DNA from: Mantamonas sphyraenae STR306
Taxonomy: Eukaryota > Protista > CRuMs
Reading direction: 5' to 3'
NCBI GenBank assembly: GCA_026936335.1
Contig: JAPMXV010000068.1
Coordinates: forward strand, 124,001-188,000
Length of the DNA: 64,000 bases
The notes beneath the pieces were generated by a model, which saw nothing but the letters and a program-made list of their open reading frames with translations, was not told the origin of the DNA and did no database searches. Positions within the stretch are counted from its first letter, which is position 1, and each line of letters opens with the position of its first letter. Made by a program: the position numbers and the translations under genes. Of this stretch, positions 12,017 through 22,000 are shown one piece after another.

Positions 12017-13392
12017 TATGGAGAGAGAAAGAGAGAGATGAGCGAGTCGTGGCCTTCGTCTTGGGCGAGGAGGAGCGATGTGAAGCCGTCGATGTCGGCA
12101 GCGTTTGCATCGGCGCCGTGGTCGAGGAGGAGGATGGCGGTTTGCGTGTGGCCTTGCTCGCAGGCAAAGAGGAGCGGGGTGAAGCCGTAGTCGTCGTGGG
12201 CAAACACATCGGCGCCGTGGTCGAGGAGGAGCGTGACGACATCGTTGTGGCCATGCTTGGCGGCGACACAGAGAGGGTTGGATTCGATGGAGCTGAATGA
12301 ATGGTCGGCGCCGTGGTCGAGGAGGAGAGAGACGATGCGGGCATGGCCGTTTCGGGAGGCAATGTACAGTGGGGTCTCGTCGAGGATGGAGGCTGCGTCG
12401 GGACGTGCACCACGCTCCAGGAGCAACTTGGCCATGTCGTAGGAGTCTCGAGCGGCGGCGCAGTAGAGCGGGGTGAAGCGGCGGTCGGTGGCATGGAAAT
12501 GGATGTCGGCTCCGTGGTCGAGGAGGAGGCTGACGAGCTCTGTGTTGCCGGTGATGCTGGCAAACGAGAGCGCAGTGCATGGTTGGTTGTTGACAATGTC
12601 CACCGAGGCGCCGTGGGAGAGGAGCAGCGAGACAATGGACAGGTGGCCGTTTCGGGATGCCAGGTGGAGGGCTGTGATGCCGCTGTTGTCTTGGGTGTCG
12701 ACGTCGGCGTCGTGGTCGAGGAGGAGGGAGACGGCGGACGGGTGGCCGTTGCGAGAGGCAACGGCGAGCGGGGTGGTGCCATCGGTGTCTTGGGTGTTGA
12801 TGTCGGCAGCGTGGGTGAGGAGGAGAGTGAGGATGGAGGTGAATCCGTGCTGGGCGGCTACGGTGAGCGGGGTGCGGCCGTACATGTCGCGCAGCTCGAC
12901 GTCTGCGTGTCGGTCGAGGAGGAGAGAGACGAGGGATGGGTGTCCGTTTTGGGTGGCGACGTGGAGCGGGGTGGCGTTGCAATCGGGGTCTGGGAGATTG
13001 ACGTCGGCGCCGTGGTCGAGGAGGAGGGAGGCAATGGAGGAGTGGTTCTTTGCAGCAGCGAGATAGAGGGGTGGCGTGCCGTGCGGGTTGTCTGCGTTGT
13101 CCGGGTGGGCGCCGTGGTCGAGGAGGAGGGCAGGGATTTTTGTGTCGTCGTGATCGCCGTCTGCAGCAAGGCAGAGGGCGGTTTGTCCAGAGGCGTGGGG
13201 CAAGTCTACGGCGGCGCCGTGGTTGAGGAGGAGGGTGATCAGGGCGAGGTCGTCGTTGGTGACGCAGTAGTGGAGCGGGGCGGTTTGGGAGGAGTCGAGG
13301 TGATTGGGGTCGGCGCCTTGGTCGAGGAGGAGTTGTGCGGCCTCGTGTTTTCGGTGCATGCAGGCATGGGTGAGTTTGGAGGAGGTGGACAT
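12016..13392 (-). CDS. Ankyrin repeat protein (about 13 repeats)
   Basis: Repeated G-T(P/A)LHxA...GH...VSLLLDHGADV units from ATG 13392 (MSTSSKLTHAC) to TAA 12018-12016. Confidence 0.9.
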   Translation of the reverse strand: MSTSSKLTHACMHRKHEAAQLLLDQGADPNHLDSSQTAPLHYCVTNDDLALITLLLNHGAAVDLPHASGQTALCLAADGDHDDTKIPALLLDHGAHPDNADNPHGTPPLYLAAAKNHSSIASLLLDHGADVNLPDPDCNATPLHVATQNGHPSLVSLLLDRHADVELRDMYGRTPLTVAAQHGFTSILTLLLTHAADINTQDTDGTTPLAVASRNGHPSAVSLLLDHDADVDTQDNSGITALHLASRNGHLSIVSLLLSHGASVDIVNNQPCTALSFASITGNTELVSLLLDHGADIHFHATDRRFTPLYCAAARDSYDMAKLLLERGARPDAASILDETPLYIASRNGHARIVSLLLDHGADHSFSSIESNPLCVAAKHGHNDVVTLLLDHGADVFAHDDYGFTPLLFACEQGHTQTAILLLDHGADANAADIDGFTSLLLAQDEGHDSLISLFLSP

Positions 13393-13749
13393 TTGGGGTG
13401 GGGGGGGAGGAAAGGGAGAGGATGGGTTGGGGGGACGGGGGGAAATTTTGGGGGTGGGGGGGAGGGGAAAGAGAAAAGATGAGAAAGAGAATGGGAAGAG
13501 ATGGACCTCGGAGGCTCGGGTGGAAGTCGGGGGGAGGTCAGGGGTGTGAGCACGACTCAGAGGGGGAAGGAAGCAGGCTGGAGAAGTTTTTTTTTCTTGG
13601 ACGGGTGGAATGGGTTTCGGGCGGGTGATTTGGTCGACGAGGGTGTGTGGGAGGGTGTTCGGAGGTGGGGTGGGGGGGTGGGGGGGGTGAGAAGGGAAGG
13701 GGAGGGGTTGGGGCGCGGGTGGATGCAAGGATTGCGATTCTAGACAAAA

Positions 13750-15716
13750 ATGTGGTCGGTGAACAAGGTTGATTGGGTAGCTGTGCTGCAGAGCGGGGAT
13801 CATGAACGTGTGTGTGATGCGCTGGAGGCTCAGGGAAAGGTGGGCTGCGGGAGGGAAGGGAGAGCGGGTCGGGAGGGCTGCTCACGCGTGGGGCGCAGGA
13901 GGTGAGGGTTTGTGACATGCATCTCAGAGACGAATGGGTGGATTTGCTGGGAAAGGCGCTGGGGAAGTGCACAAGCGTGCGGTCGCTGCATCTGAACAGC
14001 AGCGTCAACGGGGACAAAGGGGCAGTCGCTCTGGCAGGGGGATTGAGTGAGAACACCAGCTTGGAGACGCTGAACCTCCTGGACAACATGATCATGGACG
14101 AAGGAGCTGCCGCGTTGGCGCAGGTACTGGGCGGGAGTTGCAGCTTGCAGACACTGAACCTGCGGTACAACAGAGTCGGGGCAGAGGGAGCGGCCGCGTT
14201 GGCGCAGGCGTTGAGGGTAAACAGGAGCCTGAAGACACTGAACCTCTGGTTCAACAGCATCGGGGTGGAAGGCGCAGGAGCGCTTGCGCAGGTACTGAGC
14301 GGGAATTGCAGCTTGCGGACACTGAATCTGAAGCACAACAGGGTCGGGGCAAAAGGCGCAGAGGCACTTGCGCAGGCACTGTGTGACAATAGCAGCCTGC
14401 GGGTACTGGACCTCACGGATAACGACATCGGGCCAGAGGGAGCAAGGGCACTGGCCAATGCACTGCGTGTGAACAGCAGGTTGCAGGTGTTGGACCTGGA
14501 GAAAAACGGCCTCGGGGTGGACGGAGCAGTAGCACTGGGGAAGGCACTGAAGGAGAACAGGAGCTTGGAGGAGCTGGGGGTTTGCAAGAACAGGATCGGA
14601 GACGACGGTGCAGCAGCCCTGGGGGAGGCACTGGGTGAGAACCGCAGCCTGAAGACGCTGAGACTGGACCAAACCGGGATTGGGAGAGTGGGAGCAAAAG
14701 CACTGGCCACAGGTGTGAGTGGGAACAGCGTCTTGGAGACACTGAACCTTGAGCACAACAGCATCGAGGACGAAGGAGTAGAGGCACTGGCGCAGGCGCT
14801 GAGTGAGAGCAACAGCTTGCAGCGCTTGCAGCTCAAGTACAACGACATCGAGACGAAAGGAGCAGTGGCACTGGCCAAGGCAGTGAGGGAGAGCAGGAGC
14901 TTGGTTGCACTGGACTTTCGCAGCAACTGCCTGGGTGACAAAGGAGCAGCAGCACTTGCGCAGGCATTGCACGAGAACAGCAGCCTGGAGACACTGGGGC
15001 TTGAGGACAATAGCATCGGAGTGGATGGAGCAGTAGCACTTGGGGAGGCACTGAAGGAGAACGGCGGCTTGCACACACTGAAGCTCAGCGTCAACAGCAT
15101 CGGGGCAGAGGGAGCGGCTGCGCTGGCGCAGGCGTTGGAGGAGAACAGCAGTTTGCAGGTGCTGAGGCTTCTCAAAAGCGGTATCGGAGTGGAGGGAGCA
15201 GCAGCGTTGGCAAAGGCGATGAAAGGGAATCGGTCGTGCTGGAAGATTGAGGGGGTGGAGATGGACGCGCTGGAGAGGAACAAGGAGCAGCATGTGGCGT
15301 TTGTGGAATGCGGGGATGTGGAGAAGATGAGAGAGCTGAGGGAGTGGGGTGTGCCTGTGGACACGTTTGCAGGAGATGGAGGAAAGGAGACTGCGCTGGA
15401 GAGGGGGTTGAGGGACGGGGATGAGAGGGTGGTTGAGGTGTTGCGGGGGTGGGGGGCGAGGCCAAGGGGGGCAACGGTGGAGATGGTGAGGAAGGGAGGG
15501 TGGAGGAAGGCGTGGCATTGGATTGGGTGGGGTGGACAGGTGGATGAGGCGATGGAGGTGGCGCTGGTGATGAATGGGGAGGAGAGGGAGGTGATGTTTG
15601 GGTGTGGGGGGATGGAGGGGTATGAAGCGAGTTGTGAGTGGTGGACGGTGCCGGATGAGGTGATGGAGAGGGTGATTGGGTGGGTGGGGAGGGGAGCGGG
15701 GACGGTTGCAAGGTAA
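13750..15716 (+). CDS. Ribonuclease-inhibitor-type (NLRC3-like) LRR protein, 15 x 28-aa repeats, with ankyrin-like C-terminus
   Basis: Exon 13750-13839, intron 13840-13898 (GTGGGC...GCAG), then NxSLxxLxLxxNxIGxEGAxALAxAL repeats. May be spliced to the downstream Roco ORF (see findings). Confidence 0.88.
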
Positions 15717-15759
15717 TTTGGATAAAGGTGGACACGTGCATATTCATTATAGGACACGC

Positions 15760-18700
15760 ATGAGCACGGGAACGAAAAGAAAGGATCATCCCGTGAACGA
15801 GGAGGTGGTGGGGAGCTCGTGGGAGTCGAGCGCATCGGAGGAGCAGGACTGGAAGCGTGCGCGTGTGGAGGATGTGAGCGCAAAGGTGTGGGAACTGGTG
15901 CAAGACGGGGATGGGAGGGCGGCGGTGGAGTTGCTGGGGGAGCACGACGGGCTGGTGCTGGAGGCCGGGAGCCTGAGCGGGAAAATTCTTCGGACGGCGG
16001 TGATACGGTGCAGCGAAGAATGCGTGATGCACGTGCTGCGGCACATGGAGGAGGGCCCCGGGAACGAGCAGGCACTGGTGTCGGCAGTGAAAAGAAATCT
16101 GATTTTTGCGTCGTTCCTGCTGCTGCAGCGGGGGTCGCCGTTCCCGAGAAAGCGGCCTGTGCTGGAACGGGGTAGCGAGGCGTGGCGGATGGTGAAGGAC
16201 GTGCAGGAGTGCAAGCACTTGGTGGAGCACGGGAGGTGGGCGGACGCAGAGATGGTGTGGGACATGAGGCAGTGTGGAAGGCGGTTCTGGAGGGCCGAGG
16301 CTGCGGCCGAGCTGCTCGATTTGCTGGCGAGGGGAAAGATCAAGAGGGCGGTGACGCCGACGGGGTTTGACACCGGGGCCGGGGAGAGCGGGACAGGTGT
16401 GGACGCAATCGTAGAGGCGTGGTGCAGAGCGAGGCCGATGTCCATGGAGGCGCTGGACGGGATGGGCAGCGAACGGCGGCAGGGACTGCGGGTGCTGCGG
16501 CTAAAGGGCAAGGAAGGAGAGCACACGCTGAGCGAGAGGATCGGAGAGTGCACGTCGCTGGAAATCCTGGACTTGGTGGGGACGCACGTGAAAGATCTGC
16601 CGCGGGAGCAGTTTGGGAAGCTGGAACGGCTGCAGGTGCTGCTGCTGCGGGACAAGGAGGCTCTGGTGGATGTGGACGCACACATTGTGGAAAAGGGAGC
16701 GCAGGCAGTGGTGGCGTACATCCGGCGGATCAACGCCAATTGGCCGTGGGTCAACTGGATGGTGCTCGGGGACGGGGACCAGGGCAAAACGGTGCTGATC
16801 ACGATGCTGCGGGCGCAGTTCCAACTGGGCGAGGGCCTGTCGTTTCTGGAGCCGCTGCAGCCAAAGCTGCGTGTGGGCAAGGGCGGGCGGCGGTGCACAG
16901 AGAGCACGGTGTGCCTGGACGCACACGAGTTTCGGGTGGGCGGGGCGCAGGTGCGGATCTCGGACTTTGGCGGGCAGACCGAGTACTGGGTGACGCACGA
17001 GTACCTGATGATGGGCCAGCGAGGGATCTTTGTGCTGGTGGCGTCGGCGACGGGGCAGTTTGTGGCGCAGTTTCGCCGGTGGCTGGACATGATCTCGTCC
17101 AAGGTGGGGAGCGAGACAATCGAGGAGAAGAAGCCGCAGGTGTGGTTTGTGCTGACGCACGTGGACCTGCTGGACGGGGACGGGGCGCAAGAGGTGGAGG
17201 ACGAGGTGAGGACGCGCGTGGGGATGTGGATGCGGGAGGAGGCGTTTCGGCCGCTGCGGCTGGACAGGGGTCGGGTGCACATGATGGACGGGCGCAGGTA
17301 TGGAGAGGGACTGGGCGGGCTGTTGGCGTCGTTGAAAGAGGCGACGGAGGAGATGAGCCAGCGGCAGACGGTGCCGCAGGGATTGGTGCACCTGCAGGAG
17401 TTTGTGCGGTGGAAGCGGGAACAGGCGCGGGCGGTGAGGGACTTTGTGGTGACGCAAGAGTCGTTGCGGAGCGAGTTTGGTGCGTTTTGCGAGCTGCGCG
17501 GGCTGGAGGGGTTTGCGTTTGGGGAGGGGTCGTCGCTGTTTGTGGAGTGCGTCGAGTCGCTGCACCACCTGCAGGAAATCATCTGGCACGCAGAGAAGGA
17601 GACGATCGTGCTGAGTCCAGAGTGGCTGGGCAAGGTGGTGGGGGAGTTTGTGGAGGGGCGGTCGAGGTTTGGCGGGCGGTTTGTGATGGAGGACGAGGAG
17701 TTTCGGGCGCAGCTGCAGAGGGCGCACGGGCGGTATGTGGGCCTGGGGGGCAGGGAGGGAGGGAGTGGGAGCGGGGAGGAGGAGAGGATGGTGCTGGAGC
17801 TGCTGGTGCAGTTTGAGGTGTGTGTGGAGCACGGCGGGCAACTGGTGTTTCCGTATCTGATGTGCGGGACGCAGGAGGACAGGAGACGGGGCGAGGCGGT
17901 GGTGAGGGCGGTTTGGAAGAAGGGCGAGGTGTGCTGCGGGGCGAGGGTGTCGCGGGAGGGCCACATGATGCCGCCGTGGGTGTTTAATCGGTGGCAGGTG
18001 GGGTTGGTGCGGGGGGTGGAGGGCGGGGAGGATGTTTATGTGGATCGGGAATGGGTGGTGGTGGCGGTGGCGGGGCCGGTGGTGGTGGTGGGGCTGAGGA
18101 GCGAGGCGTTTATCGATGTGGTGTGCGTGGGCAGGGGGGCGCGCGGGGAGCTGGAGAGGCAGGTGAAGGCGATGGGCGGGATGGGCGGAGTGGAGGAGGA
18201 GGGGCTGTGTGGGCAGTGCTTGAGAGAGGTGTTGGGCGGGGGCGGGGGCGTGGTCGGGGGCGTGCGGGAGGACATGGTGTTGCGGGGCGGGGAGGTGGTG
18301 GTGTGCGGGAGGGGGCATGAGGCAGGGGAGGGGGACGAGGGGTGGGGCCGGTGGAGCGATGGGCGCGAGGGGGTGTGGAGGGACGAGGACGTGCAGATTA
18401 TGGGGTGTTGTTTCAGCAGGGAGAACGGGAGGGTGCTGGGAGAGGTGATTGAGGAGGTGGAGGGGGTGCGGGATATGTACGCCGGGTCGGATTTGACGAC
18501 GTACGAGAAGCAGAACGCAAGCGTGGAGGCGCTGCAGAATGTGCTGCGGAAGTGCGACAGCAGGATTGTGCATGTGTGCGCGCACATGTCGGAGAGCGGG
18601 CTGTGGATGGAGGACGGGCAGCTTGCGACGGGGCGGCTGGTGAGCATGTTGAGGCGGGAGGTGCCGCGTGCGGTGGTGGTGTTGAATGGGTGCGGGAGCG

Positions 18701-19065
18701 GGGAGGCGGCGAGGGTGTTGGTGGAGGAGAGGGTGTGCATGTGTGCGGTGGGGCATGTGGGGGAGGTGGAGGATGGGGTGGCGAGGGAGTTTGCAAAGGT
18801 GTTTCATGGGAGGTTGGTGAATGAGGCGACGTTGGAGGATGCGTTTGAGGATGCGGGGGGTGGGGTGGGGTCGGTGAGGATGTTTGTGAGGACGGGGGTG
18901 GAGGGGGTGGGGGTGAGGAGGGTGGTTGGGGGGAGGGGAGGTGGGAAGGGGGGTGGGGAGCGGGGGATTAGGGTGTTGAGGGGGGGTGGGGAGGGGGTGA
19001 GGGACGGGGAGGGGAGGGAGGTGAGGAGTAGGTTTAGGGTGGTGGAGGTGGTGAGGGGTGGGTGA
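15760..19065 (+). CDS. Roco protein (LRR-Roc-COR) with C-terminal CHAT (caspase-fold) protease domain
   Basis: Short LRRs, Roc G1 GDGDQGKT, G2 EST, G3 DFGGQTEYWVTH, G4 LTHVD; COR segment LHHLQEII...IVLSPEWL; CxxC...CxxxH; CHAT motifs IVHVCAH and VVVLNGCGSG. Confidence 0.83.
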   Translation: MSTGTKRKDHPVNEEVVGSSWESSASEEQDWKRARVEDVSAKVWELVQDGDGRAAVELLGEHDGLVLEAGSLSGKILRTAVIRCSEECVMHVLRHMEEGPGNEQALVSAVKRNLIFASFLLLQRGSPFPRKRPVLERGSEAWRMVKDVQECKHLVEHGRWADAEMVWDMRQCGRRFWRAEAAAELLDLLARGKIKRAVTPTGFDTGAGESGTGVDAIVEAWCRARPMSMEALDGMGSERRQGLRVLRLKGKEGEHTLSERIGECTSLEILDLVGTHVKDLPREQFGKLERLQVLLLRDKEALVDVDAHIVEKGAQAVVAYIRRINANWPWVNWMVLGDGDQGKTVLITMLRAQFQLGEGLSFLEPLQPKLRVGKGGRRCTESTVCLDAHEFRVGGAQVRISDFGGQTEYWVTHEYLMMGQRGIFVLVASATGQFVAQFRRWLDMISSKVGSETIEEKKPQVWFVLTHVDLLDGDGAQEVEDEVRTRVGMWMREEAFRPLRLDRGRVHMMDGRRYGEGLGGLLASLKEATEEMSQRQTVPQGLVHLQEFVRWKREQARAVRDFVVTQESLRSEFGAFCELRGLEGFAFGEGSSLFVECVESLHHLQEIIWHAEKETIVLSPEWLGKVVGEFVEGRSRFGGRFVMEDEEFRAQLQRAHGRYVGLGGREGGSGSGEEERMVLELLVQFEVCVEHGGQLVFPYLMCGTQEDRRRGEAVVRAVWKKGEVCCGARVSREGHMMPPWVFNRWQVGLVRGVEGGEDVYVDREWVVVAVAGPVVVVGLRSEAFIDVVCVGRGARGELERQVKAMGGMGGVEEEGLCGQCLREVLGGGGGVVGGVREDMVLRGGEVVVCGRGHEAGEGDEGWGRWSDGREGVWRDEDVQIMGCCFSRENGRVLGEVIEEVEGVRDMYAGSDLTTYEKQNASVEALQNVLRKCDSRIVHVCAHMSESGLWMEDGQLATGRLVSMLRREVPRAVVVLNGCGSGEAARVLVEERVCMCAVGHVGEVEDGVAREFAKVFHGRLVNEATLEDAFEDAGGGVGSVRMFVRTGVEGVGVRRVVGGRGGGKGGGERGIRVLRGGGEGVRDGEGREVRSRFRVVEVVRGG

Positions 19066-19074
19066 GGGGGGAGT

Positions 19075-22000
19075 TCATTGAGACGTTTTGAGATGCATGA
19101 GCATGAAACGAAACATCTGGCAGGCGTTGATGCCATTTTCGACAGACTGAATGAGATCAGCGGGTGCTGGGGTCGTTTGAAGGATCTGGTGGGCTGATTT
19201 GAACCATTTCAGTGCCCGAGGGAACTTTCCCTTGGCAAGGTACACTCCAGCTATGTTGGCGATGGTCGTGGCCACATCCGGGTGCTCATATCCACCATGC
19301 ACCCGTCGCAGGATCTCCAGTGCCTGCTTATGCAGCACCAGGGCACGGTCGTACTCTCCCTTGGCCTCATACACCCTGGCCATGTTGTGGATGCACGTGG
19401 CCACATCCGGGTGCTCATCACCACCATGCACCCGTCGCTGGATCGCCAGTGCCTGCTCATACAGCTCCAGTGCCCGATCGTACTCTCCCTTAGCTTTGTA
19501 CACCCCAGCCATGTTGTGGATGCTCGATGCCACATCCGGGTGCTCATCACCACCATGCACCCGTCGCTCGATCTCCAGTGCCTGCTCATACAGCTCCAGT
19601 GCCCGATCGTACTCTCCATTGTGATGGTACACCGTAGCCATGTTGTGGATGCTCCCTGCCACTTCCGGGTGCTCATCACCACCATGCATCCGTCGCCTGA
19701 TCTCCAGTGCCTGCTCATACAGCTCCAGAGCCCGATCGTACTCTCCCTTGGAATTGTACACCCCAGCCATGTTGTTAATGCTCGTGGCCACATTCGAGTG
19801 CTCATCCCCACCATGCATCCGTCGCCTGATCTCCAGTGCCTGCTCATACAGCTCCAGTGCCCGATCGTACTCTCCCTTGGCTTTGTGCACCGCAGCCATG
19901 TTGTTGATGCTCGTGGCCACTTCCGGGTGCTCATCCCCACCATGCATCCGTCGCAGGATCTCCAGTGCCTGCTCATGCAGCTCCAGTACCCGATCGTACT
20001 CTCCCTTGGCATAGTACACTCCAGCCATGTTGTTGATGCTCGTGGCCACTTCCGGGTGCTCATCCCCACCATGCACCCGTCGCCTGATCTCCAGTGCCTG
20101 CTCATACAGCTCCAGAGCCCGATCGTACTCTCCCTTGGCCTTGTACACCCCAGCCATGTTGTTAATGCTCGTGGCCACATTCGAGTGCTCATCCCCACCA
20201 TGCATCCGTCGCCTGATCTCCAGTGCCTGCTCATACAGCTCCAGTGCCCGATCGTACTCTCCCTTGGCCTTGTGCACCCCAGCCATGTTGTTGATGCTCG
20301 TGGCCACTTCCGGGTGCTCATCCCCACCATGCACCCGTCGCAGGATCGCTAGTGCCTGCTCATGCAGCTCCAGAGCCCGATCGTACTCTCCCTCGGAATT
20401 GTACACCGTAGCCATGTTGTGGATGCTCCCTGCCACATCCGGGTGCTCATCCCCACCATGCACCCGTCGCAGGATCTCCAGTGCCTGCTCATGCAGCTCC
20501 AGTGCCCGATCGTACCCTCCCTTGGAATTGTACACCGTAGCCATGTTGTGGATGCTCCCTGCCACATCCGGGTGCTCATCCCCACCATGCACCCGTCGCT
20601 GGATCGCCAGTGCCTGCTCATACAGCTCCAGTGCCCGATCGTACTCTCCCTTGGCTTTGTACACCACGGCCATGTTGTTGATGCTCCCTGCCACATCCGG
20701 GTGCTCATCACCACCATGCACCCGTCGCTTGATCGCCAGTGCCTGCTCATACAGCTCCAGTGCCCGATCGTACTCTCCCTTGGCATGGTAGACCGAAGCC
20801 ATGTTGTTGATGCTCGATGCCACTTCCGGGTGCTCATTCCCACCATGCACCCGTCGCAGGATCTCCAGTGCCTGCTCATGCAGCTCCAGAGCCCGATCGT
20901 ACTCTCCCTTGGAATTGTACACCGTAGCCATGTTGTTGATGCTCGCGGCCACATCCGGGTGCTCATCACCACCATGCACCCGTCGCCTGATCTCCAGTGC
21001 CTGCTCATACAGCTCCAGAGCCCGATCGTACTCGCCCTTGGAATTGTACACCCCAGCCATGTTGTTGATGCTCGTGGCCACTTCCGGGTGCTCATCCCCA
21101 CCATGCACCCGTCGCCTGATCTCCAGTGCCTGCTCATACAGCTCCAGAGCCCGATCGTACTCTCCCTTGGAATTGTACACCCCAGCCATGTTGTTAATGC
21201 TCGTGGCCACATTCGGGTGCTCATCTCCACCATGCACCCGTCGCTTGATCGCCAGTGCCTGCTCATACAGCTCCAGTGCCCGATCGTACTCTCCCTTGTC
21301 ATGGTACACCCCAGCCATGTTGGCGATGCTCGTGGCCACTTCCGGGTGCTCATCCCCACCATGCACCCGTCGCAGGATCGCTAGTGCTTGCTCATGCAGC
21401 TCCAGTGCCCGATCGTACTCTCCCTTGTCATGGTACACCCCAGCCATGTTGTGGATGCTCCCTGCCACATCCGGGTGCTCATCCCCACCATGCACCCGTC
21501 GCTCGATCTCCAGTGCCTGCTCATGCAGCTCCAGTGCCCGATCGTACTCTCCCTTGGCTTTGTGCACCGCAGCCATGTTGTGGATGCTCGTGGCCACATC
21601 CGGGTGCTCATCCCCGCCATGCACTCGTCGGTCGATCGCCAGTGCCTGCTCATACAGCTCCAGTGCACGCTCGTACTCTCCCTTGGCCCTGTACACCCCA
21701 CCCATGTCGTTCAAACTACTTGCCCATCCCTCATTCTCCCCATCCATCCCTGCCCTCCTCTGCACCTCCATCACCCCCCCCATTACTCGTTCCGCCTTCC
21801 CATATGCCCCCATCCAGCCATGCACTGCTGCCACATTCTGCCCAACCCAGCACACCTCTTGCACCTCCCCCGCTTGTTCGCACGCTGCATGACACACCTT
21901 CCACACCCGTTCCCCATGCACCAGCATCTCCCTGTGCCACACCAGCTCTTCCAGTGGCTTGCTTGGGTGAAAGGCAAATTCCTTCAGCATCATCGTCAAC

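Noticed and set aside
514-18807. Many long antisense or alternative-frame ORFs (e.g. 514-1704, 7110-8639, 13538-16075, 15786-17966, 16501-18807)
   Set aside because: Shadows of real genes in GC-rich, skewed DNA; low-complexity translations with no domain motifs.
19230-21720. CRISPR-like regular repeat array
   Set aside because: Units are contiguous 129-bp in-frame TPR codons with no unique spacers, and no cas genes are present.
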